This document shows, in pieces, positions 1 through 14,401 of a stretch of DNA of 64,000 bases. The stretch's first letter is position 1. Each line of letters opens with the position of its first letter. The position numbers and the translations under genes are program-made. The stretch covers positions 85,684,001 through 85,748,000 of the forward strand of contig OZ024747.1 in assembly GCA_964016885.1 (NCBI GenBank). The letters are read 5' to 3'. The notes below the pieces were generated by a model. That model saw only the letters and a program-made list of their open reading frames with translations, was not told the origin of the DNA and made no database searches. This stretch comes from Eledone cirrhosa. Taxonomy: Eukaryota.

Positions 1-455
1 CAATATATTGCACCTCCAATCTTGGTAGCTTCTTAGAGACTGGCTTGAAGATGTCCTCTCCTTTGGAACACACACTCATTCACACATCATGTAAAAACAT
101 TTATAGGCACAAATTTAAAGCATAAAAAAGGAGCATCCCTCACACATGCTTTAGTACTGAAGCTACATATCTATTGCTTTTTTCAGTTCAAATTCTACCC
201 CAGTCTCACACATACACACACACCAAACAATCACCTCAGCCCTCCTCCTTGTCTTCAAACAAAAGAAACATCCATCATCTTTAATTTAACATAACTGTCT
301 GAAAATCCTGGAAACCAATCCTTGGCATGCCGTGAGTCATTGGTGAGTAGTTGACTGAGTGACTCACATCACTAACCAAGACAGTCAACAGATACATAAA
401 TCACTGTAACTTCTTAAAAATAAAGAAGTGAAACATCATGCGATCTTTGTATATA

Positions 456-1402
456 CAGGGTGACTTTAAACAAATCTGGCCCTCGTGCTTTTTGTGTCAC
501 TGTGTATTCATTTTGGAATCAATCAACCTTAAATTTTAATACATGGCAGATACATCTGAGAAGATGGCAAGATCACAATGAGAGCTCCAGCACCAGATTT
601 TCTGCCTGAAACTACTATAAGTGTGGTTCATACAAACAAGTCCAGGAGCAATATCATGCATTTTGGGGAATGGGCAAATCTCTCTTCAAAGCTAATATAC
701 AAAACTAGCTGAAGAAGTTTGAGACTTATGGGACAGTGGAGAACCATCCTACCCACTCTGGACAACCCAGGAAATGTATACAAGAAGTTATTGACATAGT
801 CCAAGAGTCTGTTGAACAGAGCCCAAAAAGATTGCTCCATAGAAGCCAATCTTTTAAAAAGTGCCCCTCAAAGAGGATATTAAAAAATACCCCTACATAA
901 TACAAACCAAACAACAGCTTATTTTAGCTGATAAGACCAAGAGAAAGGGTACAGCTGAAAAAATGCTGAAGAAGATGGAAAACAAGCCAAATTTTCTGAA
1001 TCTGCTGTGGATCTCTGATGAAGCCCACTTTCACTTAGAGGGGAAGATCAACTCTAAGAACAATGTGTTTTGAAGACTCAAAGAAACCCACTTAAGTTGC
1101 TGCGAAACCTCTCAACACGTCTTTATGTACCATCTGGGCTGATATTTCTGAGAGACGGTTGATTGAGCCATTCGTCTTCGAAGAAAATGGTGTCACTGCT
1201 ACAGTGACAAAGGAACCCTATGTGAAGGTCCTGGAAGACTTCAAAAAGGAGCTACAGACCATGGGCCCATCTCTAAGGAATAAGTTTTGGTTCTAACAAG
1301 CCCTCACATCTACAATGAGTCACGAGAATGGATGACAAATAACTTTGGAAACCATGTGATCAGTTTGAAGACTGTCTTTGAGTGGGCCCCACTCAGCCCT
1401 GA
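456..1402 (+). mobile_element. Degenerate Tc1/mariner-superfamily DNA transposon (transposase pseudogene)
   Basis: TA|CAGGGTG terminus at 454-462. Frameshifted transposase pieces include WISDEAHFHLEGKINSKNN (first catalytic D), an F-F-E-E-N-G-V-T-A-T-V block and a WAPLSP (WPPxSPDL-like) motif near 1383-1400. Multiple stops; right end missing. Confidence 0.8.
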
Positions 1403-2133
1403 AAATGCAAGAGTAAATATAGAGTAATATAAATGCTAAAGGGTTAAACTCAGAACATAAAGAGGTGGGAGAAATACTGCTAAACACTTTTCCAACACCC
1501 TAACAACTCTGCCAATCCACTGCCCTCAAAACACCAACTTGATATGAGAAAGTTAGTTATATTACTGAATCCCTCCGATTTCTAGATTATTTAAAAAATT
1601 ATTTGAAAATCATAGAAAGTGTCTTTCATTAGAAATATGGTAATGAACATGGTAAACAACAAAAGCAGTTATCATGGGTGGTGCTTGGTCTGTTATAAAA
1701 TTGCTGAGTCATCTTATTTTTGTTTTTGTTGTTATTTTTTTTACTACTGAATCCTTAATTTCTTCTATTACTTACTTTTCTTTCTGTTAATTAAAACATT
1801 TTAGCTTTAAAATGTTTAGAATGAGGAAAAAGATGGGTAGATAGGGTGGAGGAAAAAGATGGGTAGATAGGGTGGAGGAAAAAGATGTAGGAACAGGTAA
1901 AATAAAATTTAATAAGTCTCAGGGTACCGCCCAAGATAAGGTAAAGATTCCCCTATTAACAGTTGGAAATCTGTCTCTCTCTCTCCCTGTCTGTCACTCT
2001 CACCCCCTCTCCCTATTTTGCTCTTTCTCTCTTGTATTTATCTCTACTTAACAGTTCAAATCATACCAGCATGGTAACATGTTTGTGATGATGGTAGATG
2101 TTAATAATGATGATGATGTTCTCTCTCTCTCTC

Positions 2134-2190
<57 letters not shown>

Positions 2191-3489
2191 ATTCATTAAC
2201 AGTCTGATTATATCATCAGTGCTAGTGATAGGTGTCTTAGTAAGCCTCAGTCCAGCTGGCTGTAAAACAAGTACCACTGATAGCTTCTGTCTGTTGCTAT
2301 ATTATTTGATAAATTCACTATGTAACAGATGAATAGTTTGATAGCTGGCAATGGAGAAGTCACTTGCTGCAGTGTTGCTACATCTCCAGGAGTAGTAGGA
2401 TTTATTCATCATCCTTTGCCCATCATCCAGACCTTGGATTAGCTCCTCAACAATTTTTTTATTAATCTGATTACAAGGGATTAACATATATTTAACTAAA
2501 TCCTGATATAAGCTCCCTTTTGATTATCTTCTCTGTCATTAATGTGATGGAATGTTTGTCATTCATCCGCCACATCCACAGATACATATTTATACATATA
2601 CTAGCAGAAAAAACACCCTTCGGGTGGTTTTCTGGTAGCATGTGTAGTGTGTATATTGATATTATACACAAATATATATACATGTAGATATGATACATCA
2701 AATAAAATTGTAATTGACAATATTCACAGAAATTGAAGAGAGACTGTGTTACACTGTCTTATGTAATCAGTAAAGTAATCCATGATACATTTAAAAAAAG
2801 ACGATATTATATATAAACTGCATTAGGAGAAAATTAGCAACAGAAATATATGCGATATCTTTATAAGTGTTGTAATTTAACGGCCGCTAACCGGAAATGT
2901 TGACATTTGAAAATTTTCAAGAAGTGAATCATTAAATAAGCTATAAAATATATTTAATCAACAGCCACGAAATTTAGTAGATAAATTATGTAATATTCAT
3001 TCATTATTTATTCAAAGTAATCCAACTTATTTTACAAACAGGATAAAAAATTATATTCTGGATGCAGTCCTGCACTCCTCCCTTTATTATAGTTTAGATA
3101 TCTCTATCTTTTTCGCAAATTTCATAAATTCCGTATTTTAATTCTAATCAGCTACAGGCACATGTACATATACATGCACATCATTATCATCATAATCATT
3201 GTTTAATATCCATTTTCCTTGCTAGCAAGGGTTGGATGGGTCATCACCAACCAAGTCCAAGTCCATAATCGAAACCACTGTGCTCTCAGGCAGGACAGGT
3301 GCCACATCTCATTTTCACATGTCCTAGTACTCTATTAGGTGCATCAATTACATTTTATTGTGTTACCACCACTAAGGAAGTTGTCATGTTTTTGGCACAG
3401 CTGGAAAGTCTTCTCAACTCTTTGTTTGACAAGTTTTCTATACAGCACATGCACACACACACACAGAGTTTCAAAACTGGGTCAAAATA

Positions 3490-3760
3490 AGATGTAATGT
3501 TAATATGCATGAAGAATGAAACATAGATAAACTGAGAGGAATACTAGGTATACGAGGAGTCATATATAATGTACAAGAGAAGATTGTGCTGGTATGGACA
3601 TGTGATGTGTATGAATGATGAGTGTTGGGTGGAAGTAAGTCATGAAAGAGGAAGACATGGACAGAATTGGTAAAAGCTGACTTCAAGAAACTGAACCTTG
3701 CAAAGGAGATGACAAAAGGATAAATGCTGTACTGGAGAGGATTCGTCTAACCCATGCATG
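3490..3760 (+). mobile_element. RTE-type LINE 3' remnant
   Basis: Decayed RT C-terminus (...LCWYGHV..., GGSKS/GRPRK-TW-like) ending in the recurrent ctaacccatgc tail. Confidence 0.5.
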
Positions 3761-4666
3761 AATGGAAAACAAAACAAAAACACATAAAAATGGTAAAGAT
3801 AGTAATGATGAAGACACTAATGTTAAAACAAATGACAAAACAAGATTTATCTGACATAATAGTTGTGAGATGGCAGACTGGCATGCAATAGATGTCTTTT
3901 ATTATTGCTTGTCCTTGAATCATATTTTGTATCATTGGAAATCTCCCAGTGCTGTGTGAGATAAAATCATAAGATCGGATTGTCTCTATAGACCACCCTT
4001 GCCCAGCACTACTTAAAGCAAAGATATAGTTCACCTGTTACCTGATGGGTATTCTGTTCTGTTGAGTAGTTGAAATAATTTAATCTTCTTAACTGATCAG
4101 ACAGAAAACTAAGGATCAGTCAGTGAATAATAATCTTCCTTAACTGCTAATTATCTAATGATGATATGGACATTGGCTGCTTGTTAAAAGAGGAGACCCA
4201 ACTATTCCTCTCCCATCTCCAACCCCTTAATCTACACCCCACCTCAGCCACACACACTCTTCTCTTAAACAAGGGTTTATCACTTTTGTCTGGATTTAGA
4301 TTTATGGAGATTTTGTATTTGATCAAATTCCATAAATTCCGCCATATAGTATTAATGCTAATCAGCCACACACACACATGTATATATCCATCATCATCAC
4401 TGTTTAATGTCTATTTTTCCACGCTAGCATGGGTTAGACGAGTTGTCCTGTAAATGTGGTTGGTGTTAAGAAGGACATCCAGACATAGAAACCAAGCCAA
4501 CATCAGCTCTGTATGATCAAGATATGGTCATCTGACCTGGTTTGTCTCACAACGGGACAACACGTCTAACCCATGCTACTGTGGAAAATGGACATTAAAC
4601 AGTGAAGATGATGTATATAAATTAATTTTAAAATCTCTAAATATAGATTGGTGTTCCTCAGTATAT

Positions 4667-4922
4667 TTAACCTTTTTGATACCAAACCACCTGCAACCTG
4701 GTTCTGTGCAACAAACCTGTTTATTTGAAGTGTTTATATCTATTTCAAAACCTTCCATCGTAGGTTTATATAAGGTCCTTTAAGTTATGTTCCAAACACC
4801 AGAAAAATAAGGAAAAAGTTAATTATATTACTAAATCCCATCCAGATTCTTGGTTGTTTTCAAAATTATTTAAAAGTCTTAGACAGTGTCTCATATTAGA
4901 AATATGGTAATGAAAAGGTTAA
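4667..4922. mobile_element. piggyBac-like MITE family (TTAA-bounded)
   Basis: TTAA|CCTTTT ... AAAAGG|TTAA ends. Related partial copies at ~1530-1650, ~16780-17054, ~22153-22385 and ~45680-45757 share gtctttcattagaaatatggtaa. Confidence 0.55.
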
Positions 4923-5445
4923 GACTGTCACTCAAGTGGGCCACAGTAGGCTAGGATTTGAACTCAGGACACAGCTAGTTGGAATAAGTTCCATAAATTA
5001 TCTTCTCTGACACTCTAACACCGACCACCACCCTGGACTAGTACTTGTATTAATATATTAATGATTTTTAATTCATGTACAAGGCCAGCATTTGTAAGGA
5101 GGGGGAGGAGACTAAGTAGATTATAACAACTCCAGTAGTTGACTGGTATTTTATTTTATTGACCATAGAAGGATGAAAGGCAGAGCATATGTTAATGAAT
5201 GTAAACAATGACCCAACAGGAATTTTGATGTTGCAGGTATGGACTTGTTAGGGGTGGGTTTGGTGGTGATAAGGCTAGAGTGGGGTGAGAGTAGAGTAAT
5301 TAAAGCTGTTAGAGTAGGAGAGGATTAGAGGCTTCATTGTCCACTTTGTAACACAAAAACACGTTTTCCTTTTGTTAACTGTGTGGCCATTACAAGAAGC
5401 CGGATGTTGTAACCACTTCAGTCCTTTAGTAGGAGAGTAGTTGGC

Positions 5446-6790
5446 GAACTAATGGTATTGTTAGGTAGAGCTTACTGAGCACGGACTCATGTAAGGTTTG
5501 GTGAACTAATGTATTGTTAGCTGGAGCTTGCTGAGACCAGGGACTCATGTAAGGTTTGGTGAACTAATGGTATTGTTAGGTAGAGCTTACTGAGCACGGA
5601 CTCATGTAAGGGTTGGTGAACTAATGGTATTGTTAGGTGGAGCTTGCTGAGACCAGGGACTCATGTAAGGTTTGGTGAACTAATGGTATTGTTAGGTAGA
5701 GCTTGCTGAGACCAGGGACTCATGTAAGGTTTGGTGAACTAATGGTATTGTTAGGTAGAGCTTGCTGAGACCAGGGACTCATGTAAGGTTTGGTGAACTA
5801 ATGGTATTGTTAGCTGGAGCTTACTGAGACCAGGGACTCATGTAAGGGTTGGTGAACTAATGTATTGTTAGCTGGAGCTTGCTGAGACCAGGGACTCATG
5901 TAAGGTTTGGTGAACTAATGGTATTGTTAGGTAGAGCTTGCTGAGACCAGGGACTCATGTAAGGTTTGGTGAACTAATGGTATTGTTAGGTAGAGCTTGC
6001 TGAGACCAGGGACTCATGTAAGGTTTGGTGAACTAATGGTATTGTTAGGTGGAGCTTGCTGAGACCAGGGACTCATGTAAGGTTTGGTGAACTAATGGTA
6101 TTGTTAGGTAGAGCTTGCTGAGACCAGGGACTCATGTAAGGTTTGGTGAACTAATGGTATTGTTAGGTAGAGCTTGCTGAGACCAGGGACTCATGTAAGG
6201 TTTGGTGAACTAATGGTATTGTTAGGTAGAGCTTGCTGAGACCAGGGACTCATGTAAGGTTTGGTGAACTAATGGTATTGTTAGGTAGAGCTTGCTGAGA
6301 CCAGGGACTCATGTAAGGTTTGGTGAACTAATGGTATTGTTAGGTGGAGCTTGCTGAGACCAGGGACTCATGTAAGGTTTGGTGAACTAATGGTATTGTT
6401 AGGTAGAGCTTGCTGAGACCAGGGACTCATGTAAGGTTTGGTGAACTAATGGTATTGTTAGGTAGAGCTTGCTGAGACCAGGGACTCATGTAAGGTTTGG
6501 TGAACTAATGGTATTGTTAGCTGGAGCTTACTGAGACCAGGGACTCATGTAAGGTTTGGTGAACTAATGGTATTGTTAGGTGGAGCTTGCTGAGACCAGG
6601 GACTCATGTAAGGTTTGGTGAACTAATGGTATTGTTAGCTGGAGCTTGCTGAAACCAGGGCCTCATGTAAGGCTTGGTGAACTAATGGTATTGTTAGGTG
6701 GAGCTTGCTGAAACCAGGGCCTCATGTAAGGTTTGGTGAACTAATGGTATTGTTAGGTGGAGCTTGCTGAGACCAGGGCCTCATGTAAGG
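5446..6790. repeat. 59-bp minisatellite, ~23 copies
   Basis: Unit ggtgaactaatggtattgttaggtagagcttgctgagaccagggactcatgtaaggttt repeated head-to-tail with few variants and no spacers. Confidence 0.97.
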
Positions 6791-8155
6791 CAGGTTAAGC
6801 TGCAGTTAAGCTAGTCTCTATGAAGCAGGTTTGTCACTTCTTGAAATATTGACAGAGCTCACTATAAATAACTATTACATTAACAAACATATACTATCAG
6901 TAAAGTTCTTTTACATGGTACAAGGTTTATGACTGAGATTTATTAATAGTATCAGCAGTGTTCTTTTGAAAGTAGATGATAGACCAATTGAGAAAGACGA
7001 AACAACTAATGACCAGTTCTTTAGTTTAAGCTATCAAAACAACTATCCACCAATTCTTCAGTTTCATTTATCAAACCAATTGTCAAACAATTCTTCAGTC
7101 TTAGCTATGAAACCAATCATTGACCAATTCTTAAGTCTCAGTTACCAAACCAATTGTCGATCAATTCTTCAGTCTCAGCTTCTAAATAGTTCTGTGATTT
7201 AATCATAGATTATATTTACATATTGGACACTTAATTAGGAAAAAAATGGTTTGCAGAGATTGTTAATAGAATGGAAAATACATGGCAAGAGAACCATGGG
7301 GAAACCAAGAACTATGTAGTTGGATATTATCAGGAATTGGACAGACATAAAATAGAGTGAATGCATATAAGGGCAGTATATGTGAATAGATGATATTAAT
7401 AATTAGACAGACTTAGAATACAGTGAATGTATATAGACAGTAGAAAATAGACTAAGATGGCAATCTGTGGTATTCAGCTTGCTGAGACTAGACGATACCA
7501 GATTATAAGGATGGTATATTTTCACAGCATGACTAAATATATGTAAATCATATGCTATATCACTTACATAGGCACTTTTATTGAAAACATTGCTGTGTTG
7601 GAACATTTATTAGCACATACATATCATCATTATCATCAACATCACCAACATCATTACTACCAGCATCAGTATTGTCATATTTTGTCTGGTTTTCATGCTG
7701 ACATGGATTAGAAGTGTCGTCAAAATCCAGCACAGTTCCTATTGGAGTTCTTATAAGTTGGTTGGGGGATCTTGTTTCAATGCGTGCTAAATTTTGGCAC
7801 TATTGAGGTTGTAATGTTCTTGATAAAACTTCAAATTCTGTACTTTCAATTTAATTGTAAACCACTATATAGTGTGTACTGGGTACATTTTATCATGGCA
7901 CCAATACTAGCGAGGTTATCATGTTTATATATATATGTTTGTGTGTATGTGTGTGTCTGTTAAACAATGAAAACAAAAGGCAAAGATTGGTGCTTAATCA
8001 GTTCATTGTTTTATGATTGGAGGTGGTGAAGTCAAAAGGCAAGGTGGAAGGAGCAGAAGAAGGAGAGGAAAGAGTTGAGCTGTTCTCGGGTGAGTGAGGT
8101 GGCGCTGATAGTCATTGATGTACCAACCGTTTAGATCGAGGAGTGGGATTCGTGT

Positions 8156-8221
<66 letters not shown>

Positions 8222-9223
8222 GACAACAACTGCTACAACAATATAGGGAATGTTTTAACTAAATATACTTTATGAACCAATTCTAAAACATTGTCTAAAT
8301 ATATGTATTGACAGAGGGTATGGATGAGGGTAGATGATGTGGGGTGAGGATTATCTCTGGCAGACCCTCACTACTAACCAACATCAACACAACCATCACC
8401 ATATACCCTACCATGGTGGTATGGTAGGGGTTATGAAACTGATAAGGAAATTTACTGTCTAGTGAGGCTTTAAGATTACAGAAAACAAAGAACAATCCTG
8501 AAGATATCTGAAAGGTCAGTAAGGGCCATAACCTTGCACACACCCACTCTTACACTCTATACACACCTTAGATGTTACACACCCACTCCTTACCCCTTGC
8601 ACTGATTAAGGCCTTTGTTTAATCTCTACTTATTTTTGGAGAATTTTCGAGCTTGTAGTCAGATGAGGTAGTGTCTATTTTGAGAGATGAAGACTATGGT
8701 GGAGTGTAAGGTTGGGGGAAAGGGGTGAAGTATTGAGCTGACTTAGGTAGTGGATGGATTCTTACTTTTATTCTTTTATCTGGTTTCAGTCATTGAAAGA
8801 ACTTAGCTTATTGATAGCAGAACTTATTTTATTTATCTCTTTTTGTTGAACTACTAAGTTACAAGACAAACACGTACATACATCCTTACATACATACATA
8901 CTTACACACATACATACTTACATACAAAAATACATGCATCCATACATAGCTTCATCCATACATACACACATCCCTTCCTTCCACCCTTCCTATGCACACA
9001 CACACACATATGCACAATATTCTCTCTGTGTATATTATTTAATCACCACCAAAGGACATTCTCCTAACAACTACTAGAAATAATCTTCAAACACACTCTT
9101 TTACAACTTTGTACTTTTACCCTACTATGCTTGCATTCTTTATTATGTGTTTGCTAATGTCCAACACTTGATATTGCGTCTGTTCTTGAAATTTGTATTT
9201 GGTTAAATTTTATCCCTTTTAAT

Positions 9224-9343
9224 AATTCCTGATGATATGCAAATGTTATTATATGTATTGTTTTGTGTTAATAACTGTTAATTAACCATTTCTCATTAAC
9301 TTATTGCTTACATTATGCATATATAGAAACGAATGTAGAAATT
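9224..9343 (+). ncRNA. Type-I hammerhead ribozyme motif (Penelope-like)
   Basis: aattc-CTGATGA(9229)-tatgcaaatg...cattatgcata-tata-GAAAC-gaat-GTA-gaaatt. Helix II has a long loop and there is an extra TATA before GAAA. Confidence 0.55.
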
Positions 9344-9389
9344 TAAAAAAATGGATGTAATTTGATAACCCTGGTTTTCTTAATTTTGC

Positions 9390-9422
<33 letters not shown>

Positions 9423-9469
9423 ATCAATGATATTAATAAATGGAAACTATATTTATAAAACCATATTTA

Positions 9470-9530
9470 TTCTATTATATATATTTCAAGGGTACCAAAA
9501 CTTCGGTACGCTCTCATCAGATAAAATACA
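9470..9530 (-). ncRNA. Degenerate type-I hammerhead motif
   Basis: Minus strand: CTGATGA-GAGCGTACC-gaagtttt-GGTACCCTT-GAAA-tatata-TA. Helix II has 8 of 9 positions paired. Confidence 0.45.
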
Positions 9531-9775
9531 AAGTTTGTTTTATAAATATTGACATATCCAGGAATGAGACCTTAACGGTTCAAGTTTCACCTGGAATATA
9601 TATATATATCATCATCACTGTTTTACGCCCGTTCTTCCACGCTAGCATGGGTTAGACGTCTGACCTTGTCTTGCTCATATGGGAACTGATTCTGGCTTGA
9701 TTTCTACAGCTGGATGCCCTTCCCACTACCAACCTCATTTACAGTGAGTGCTGGGTGCTTTTTTTCCGTTGTGCC

Positions 9776-9826
<51 letters not shown>

Positions 9827-10169
9827 TGGACTTTCACTTAGTTTCTGCCTACCAAATTTTACGTACGAAGCATCAATCAACCTGAAGCTATTGTAGAAGA
9901 CTCTTGCCCAAGGTGCTATGTAATAGAAATGATTGTGAAGTGAACTCTTTAACCACTCAGCCATGTCTGCACCTATTGATAGTAAGTGTGGAAGAACATA
10001 GGCTGTTGTAGTTGTGATAGATGCGACAGAGAGGGGACATAACTTGAAAGTGGCTGACCAATTGTTGTTGCTATTGTTGTCATTTAGCTCAAAGTCATCT
10101 CTGATCCAGCAAACCTATGAATGACCCTTATATTACTTGTTACTGACTGACCTCTGCAAAGAACAATTT

Positions 10170-10620
10170 CAATAAATCTCAAAGATGGAGACAAATAACA
10201 TAGAGGAAAACTGGGGATTCCTACAGGACAACCTGCTGGAAGCCTTAAACCAGGCCTGCAGCTGGAGCAAGGTCCCAGCAAGATGGAGAGTGACGAGGTG
10301 GTGGAATGATGAGGTAGATAGAATCATAAAACACAAAAATACAAGCCTGGACGAAAGGTGAAGACAGAAAGAAATACCAAATAGCTAGAAGAGAGTTCAG
10401 GTGCCAGGTATACCTATCAGAGGCAGAAAAGAAGAAATTTGCTCATGTTCAGCTTCATGAAGATTAGGGGTGTGGAGTGTTTTGAATTGCAAGACAGTGT
10501 GTTATGTGGTTGGGGAAAAGTGTGTTTGAAATGTTAGTGGAGCACTTGCTCTGTCTGATGCCAAAAAGATGGAAGCATGGAAGATTTACTTTGAGAGACT
10601 GCTGAAAGAAGAGAATAAAT
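10170..10620 (+). mobile_element. RTE LINE internal remnant
   Basis: Decayed ORF with TRWWNDEVDRIIK and KYQIARRE-type segments; similar to the RTE copy at 28.7-29.5 kb. Confidence 0.6.
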
Positions 10621-12679
10621 GGAAAATGGACGTTAAACAGTGCTGCTACTGCTGATGATATATACTCATACACATACCTATACAAACACGCACATGCAAT
10701 ACACATACCTATACAAACACACATGCAATATATATATATATACACATACCGACATACATACAAACAAGCACATCAAGTGGAACATTTGTCTAAAGTGTAG
10801 TCTTAGAGATTTAAGATTTAGCATTCTAAAAATAACGCTAATTTCCAATTAATTAACTCCTAATTAACTGCATATCTGTCTTAAATTAGTTTATGTCTAA
10901 TATCAATCTAAATTGGAATTGTCAAGTGGTTGATTGTGCTCTTACTGAGCTGGATATTTTAAATATATATGGGGCCTAATGATGGAGTAAAGCAGGAGGG
11001 TGGGGTGGGGGTGACTGGACTGTAGCTAGGGGCTCTCAATAATTAAAGGGCTCCAAGTAATTCTTTTTTTTTTTTCTGATAAGTTTTTAGTCAGGAGCCC
11101 CATGTAATATTGATCTGTAGCTAATAGGGTCCTTATCATTAACACCTTCCCTCAAGAAACCTTATAAGAGGCTAGCTAAACCTATGGAGGTGTAAGCCAT
11201 AAGAGCAGTAACAACAACATGTAATTCACCTCAGTCAAACAACATCACATTCTGTACATAAATTGTTTTTAAGGAGTAAACACCTGAATGAGAGAGTGTG
11301 TGGCTTAGTCCTCTCCTTAAATTCTGGCCTGTGTAAATTAAAAAACTTGCAATAGTCTTGTTTATTACCTTTTCTGTTCTGTATGTATCTTATTTAGTCT
11401 GTAGTCAGTTTAAAATAGGGGCACTATCCAAGTATGTTGTAATGGGTAACTAAAAGGATTGGCACCAGGAAGGGCATCTAACTGTAAAACATTGCCTCAA
11501 AAGTGACTTTATGATGATTATGGAGCCTATCATGGGTCTCACATAGCTAACCCCTGCTTTAGCAAGGAAATGGCCTTAAAACATTTGGTGTGTGTTATTG
11601 TATTGTTCCTCTACTTTTGTGTGTATCTAGTTTAAAATAGGTACACTGCATCCCTGTGTCATAAAAGGCAACTAAAAGAGTTGGTGGCAGTAAGGGTATG
11701 CAGCTGTAAAACAATACCTAAAATATCACCCCATGGTTAATATGAAGCCTGTAATGGACCCAGAAGGATGACACCTGCTTTAACTAGTAAAATGACTATA
11801 AAACATTTATTGTGGTCTCTTACCACATTTAAGGGGTTTTGATCTAAAATAAAATAATTTTCACCATATTAAAGAATGTTTACAGACAAAAGCTGGGACT
11901 AGTTTATGTACTAACTAGGGATTAAAGGCTGAGGTTATTATTCTAAAAATGAAAAGGACATTGTATGTATGTTAATCCATGAATATATGCATGGATATGC
12001 ATGTACGTGTGTGTATATCTGTAGTTTAATCTATGTATGGTTATATATAGATGTCCATGTGTTTAAACCAAACTTGGTACTGCCATGTCAATAGATTTCT
12101 TCTCTGTGTGAGAATTATGCAGCAAAATGTAATATTTTAATCCAAAATCTTAATCTCTGGGGATTAAATCAAAATTGCTGGAATATTCAACTATTTACTC
12201 ATTTTTTTCTTTTAAGGCTTTAGTTGTTGTTGTTATTGTTGTTATTTCACCTGTTCCCTCTGATTGTAATTCCTGTTTATTTGATCTTTCAAAGATTTCG
12301 TAGTGGCTGGCTACAACAGACACCTTTTATCACACACACATTTACATGTATGTATGTATATATATGTACATATATGTGTGTGTATTTATGTACATATAAA
12401 TATTCACCCAAACTTACATACACACGTGTCGTCGTCTGTATGTGTGTTTACCACACCTTTCATCAAAGCTTGCATATATAAATAAATATATATTATCTAA
12501 GGCTATAAACATACACACACACACACACACATACATGTGTCTGCGTGTATGTATGTATTTTTATAGCCTTAAAAGAACTTCCTGTCTTGGGAGAGTTCTC
12601 TTTGTTTTTTGATTTAGCAACATACAAACAGCAGGTGGCATTGTTTCTGACCCTCTCTTAATTTAAATATTCTGATGTT

Positions 12680-13690
12680 CTTATCAAGACAGCTAGGAAA
12701 CACTGTTGTCCCTGTTGTGTTTCTGTACTACCTTGTCCTATATCTTATATCTAGTAATTTTCATCACTGGGGTATCAACTTATTAAGCAATCTTCCCCCA
12801 TCAAGCTAAGAAACACTGTTGTTCCTGTTGTGCCTCCCTACTACCTTGCCTTATATTTAGTAACTGTGGAGGCATGTGGCCTAATGGTAAGGGTGTTGGA
12901 ATTACGATCATAATGCTGTGGGTTCGATTCCTGGGTTGCGTGTTGTGTTCTTGAGCAAAATACTTCATTTCATGTTGCTCCAGTGTACTCAGCTGAAAAT
13001 GAGTACCAGCAATAGCTGGGGGTTTAACCCTGCGATGGACTGGCGTCCTGTCCAGTGGGGAGTCTTGTCTTGTACTCTCAGTCGCTTCATGCCATAAAAC
13101 CGGGATATGCGCCGGCCAAATGAACCTCCTGGCTTAAGATAGACATTAGACTTAGATATCTAGTAACTTCCATCACTGGGTTTATCAATGTCCTATCAAG
13201 ACAGACAGACAACATTATTGTTCCTATTGTGTGTTCCCTACTACCTTGCCTTATATCTAGTAACTTCCATCACTGAGTTATCAATGTCCTATCAAGACAG
13301 ACAGACAATATTATTGTTCCTATTGTGTGTTCCCTACTACCTTGCCTTATATCTAGTAACTTCCATCACTGAGTTATCAATGTCCTATCAAGACAGACAG
13401 ACAACATTATTGTTCCTATTGTGTGTTCCCTACTACCTTGCCTTATATCTAGTAACTTCCATCACTGAGTTATCAATGTCCTATCAAGACACAGGGAACA
13501 CTGTTGTTCCTATTATGTTTCCCTACTACTTTATCCTACATCTACAACAGTGGAATCCTTACTGGGATAATGATTTGATAAACAGTGTTCCCTCTCAAGC
13601 CAGGAAGAACTGTTGTCTCTACTGTGTTCCTGGTACTTTGCCTTACATCTTACATCTAGCATCTTACATCAGTGGAGTATCCACTTGTTA
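12680..13690. repeat. 96-bp tandem repeat (3+ near-identical copies at 13156-13500, degenerate flanking copies), interrupted by a SINE
   Basis: Unit atctagtaacttccatcactgagttatcaatgtcctatcaagacagacagaca...ctaccttgccttat. Explains the repetitive ORF 13188-13691. Confidence 0.9.
12866..13145 (+). mobile_element. tRNA-derived SINE with V-domain-like segment
   Basis: A box (tggcctaatgg) and B box (ggttcgattcc), then gtgttcttgagcaa and ccctgcgatggactggcgtcctgtccag. Flanked by a direct repeat, atatYtagtaact. Confidence 0.75.
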
Positions 13691-13830
13691 AACAACGTGT
13701 TTATTGTGGTGTCTTGTAGCTTGTTTTAACTAAAACTTCCCGATTATGTTGCATATAAATGGGGGGGGGGGGGGGGGTAAGTGGCCAGCTGCAATGTATT
13801 TTGTATTGTTGATTTTTATACTGACATTAG

Positions 13831-13874
<44 letters not shown>

Positions 13875-13887
13875 TTACCACTACTAC

Positions 13888-13919
<32 letters not shown>

Positions 13920-14365
13920 TTAGTAGTAGTAGTAGTAGTGGTGCTGGTGGTAGTGGTAGTAGTAGTAGCAGTGTTGGTGGTGTGCATATATGTGTGTGTT
14001 TATCTCTATGTATATGTGAATACCTGTGTGTTTGGATGTTTATGTATATTCTACTGGGAGATAATAATCATAATCTATAAATAATCCCTGCCAAAATGTG
14101 TTGAAATCTTCTTCAATGACTTGGGTGTACCATTATAGTAGTGCTTTTTCCTCTCCAACTGTCTTCCATATGTCATAGTACCGAGTATTTAGCAACTGGG
14201 AACTGGTACAATGTATGCATGTATGTGTGTGTGTATTGGTGTGTAATATTTAGTTACTGATGGTTCACCAGTTTAAGCACTCAATGCTAATACGTAGGTC
14301 CGGCTACCAATTTGGGGAGTCCTACGTTTGGTACTTCACCATTATCGGTATTCTTAAAAAGCATT

Positions 14366-14384
<19 letters not shown>

Positions 14385-14401
<17 letters not shown>

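Noticed and set aside
5446-6790. CRISPR-like regular array
   Set aside because: Units are contiguous with no unique spacers, the context is eukaryotic and there are no cas genes.
13188-13691. 167-aa hydrophobic repeat ORF
   Set aside because: Product of the 96-bp tandem repeat; no evidence of coding constraint.
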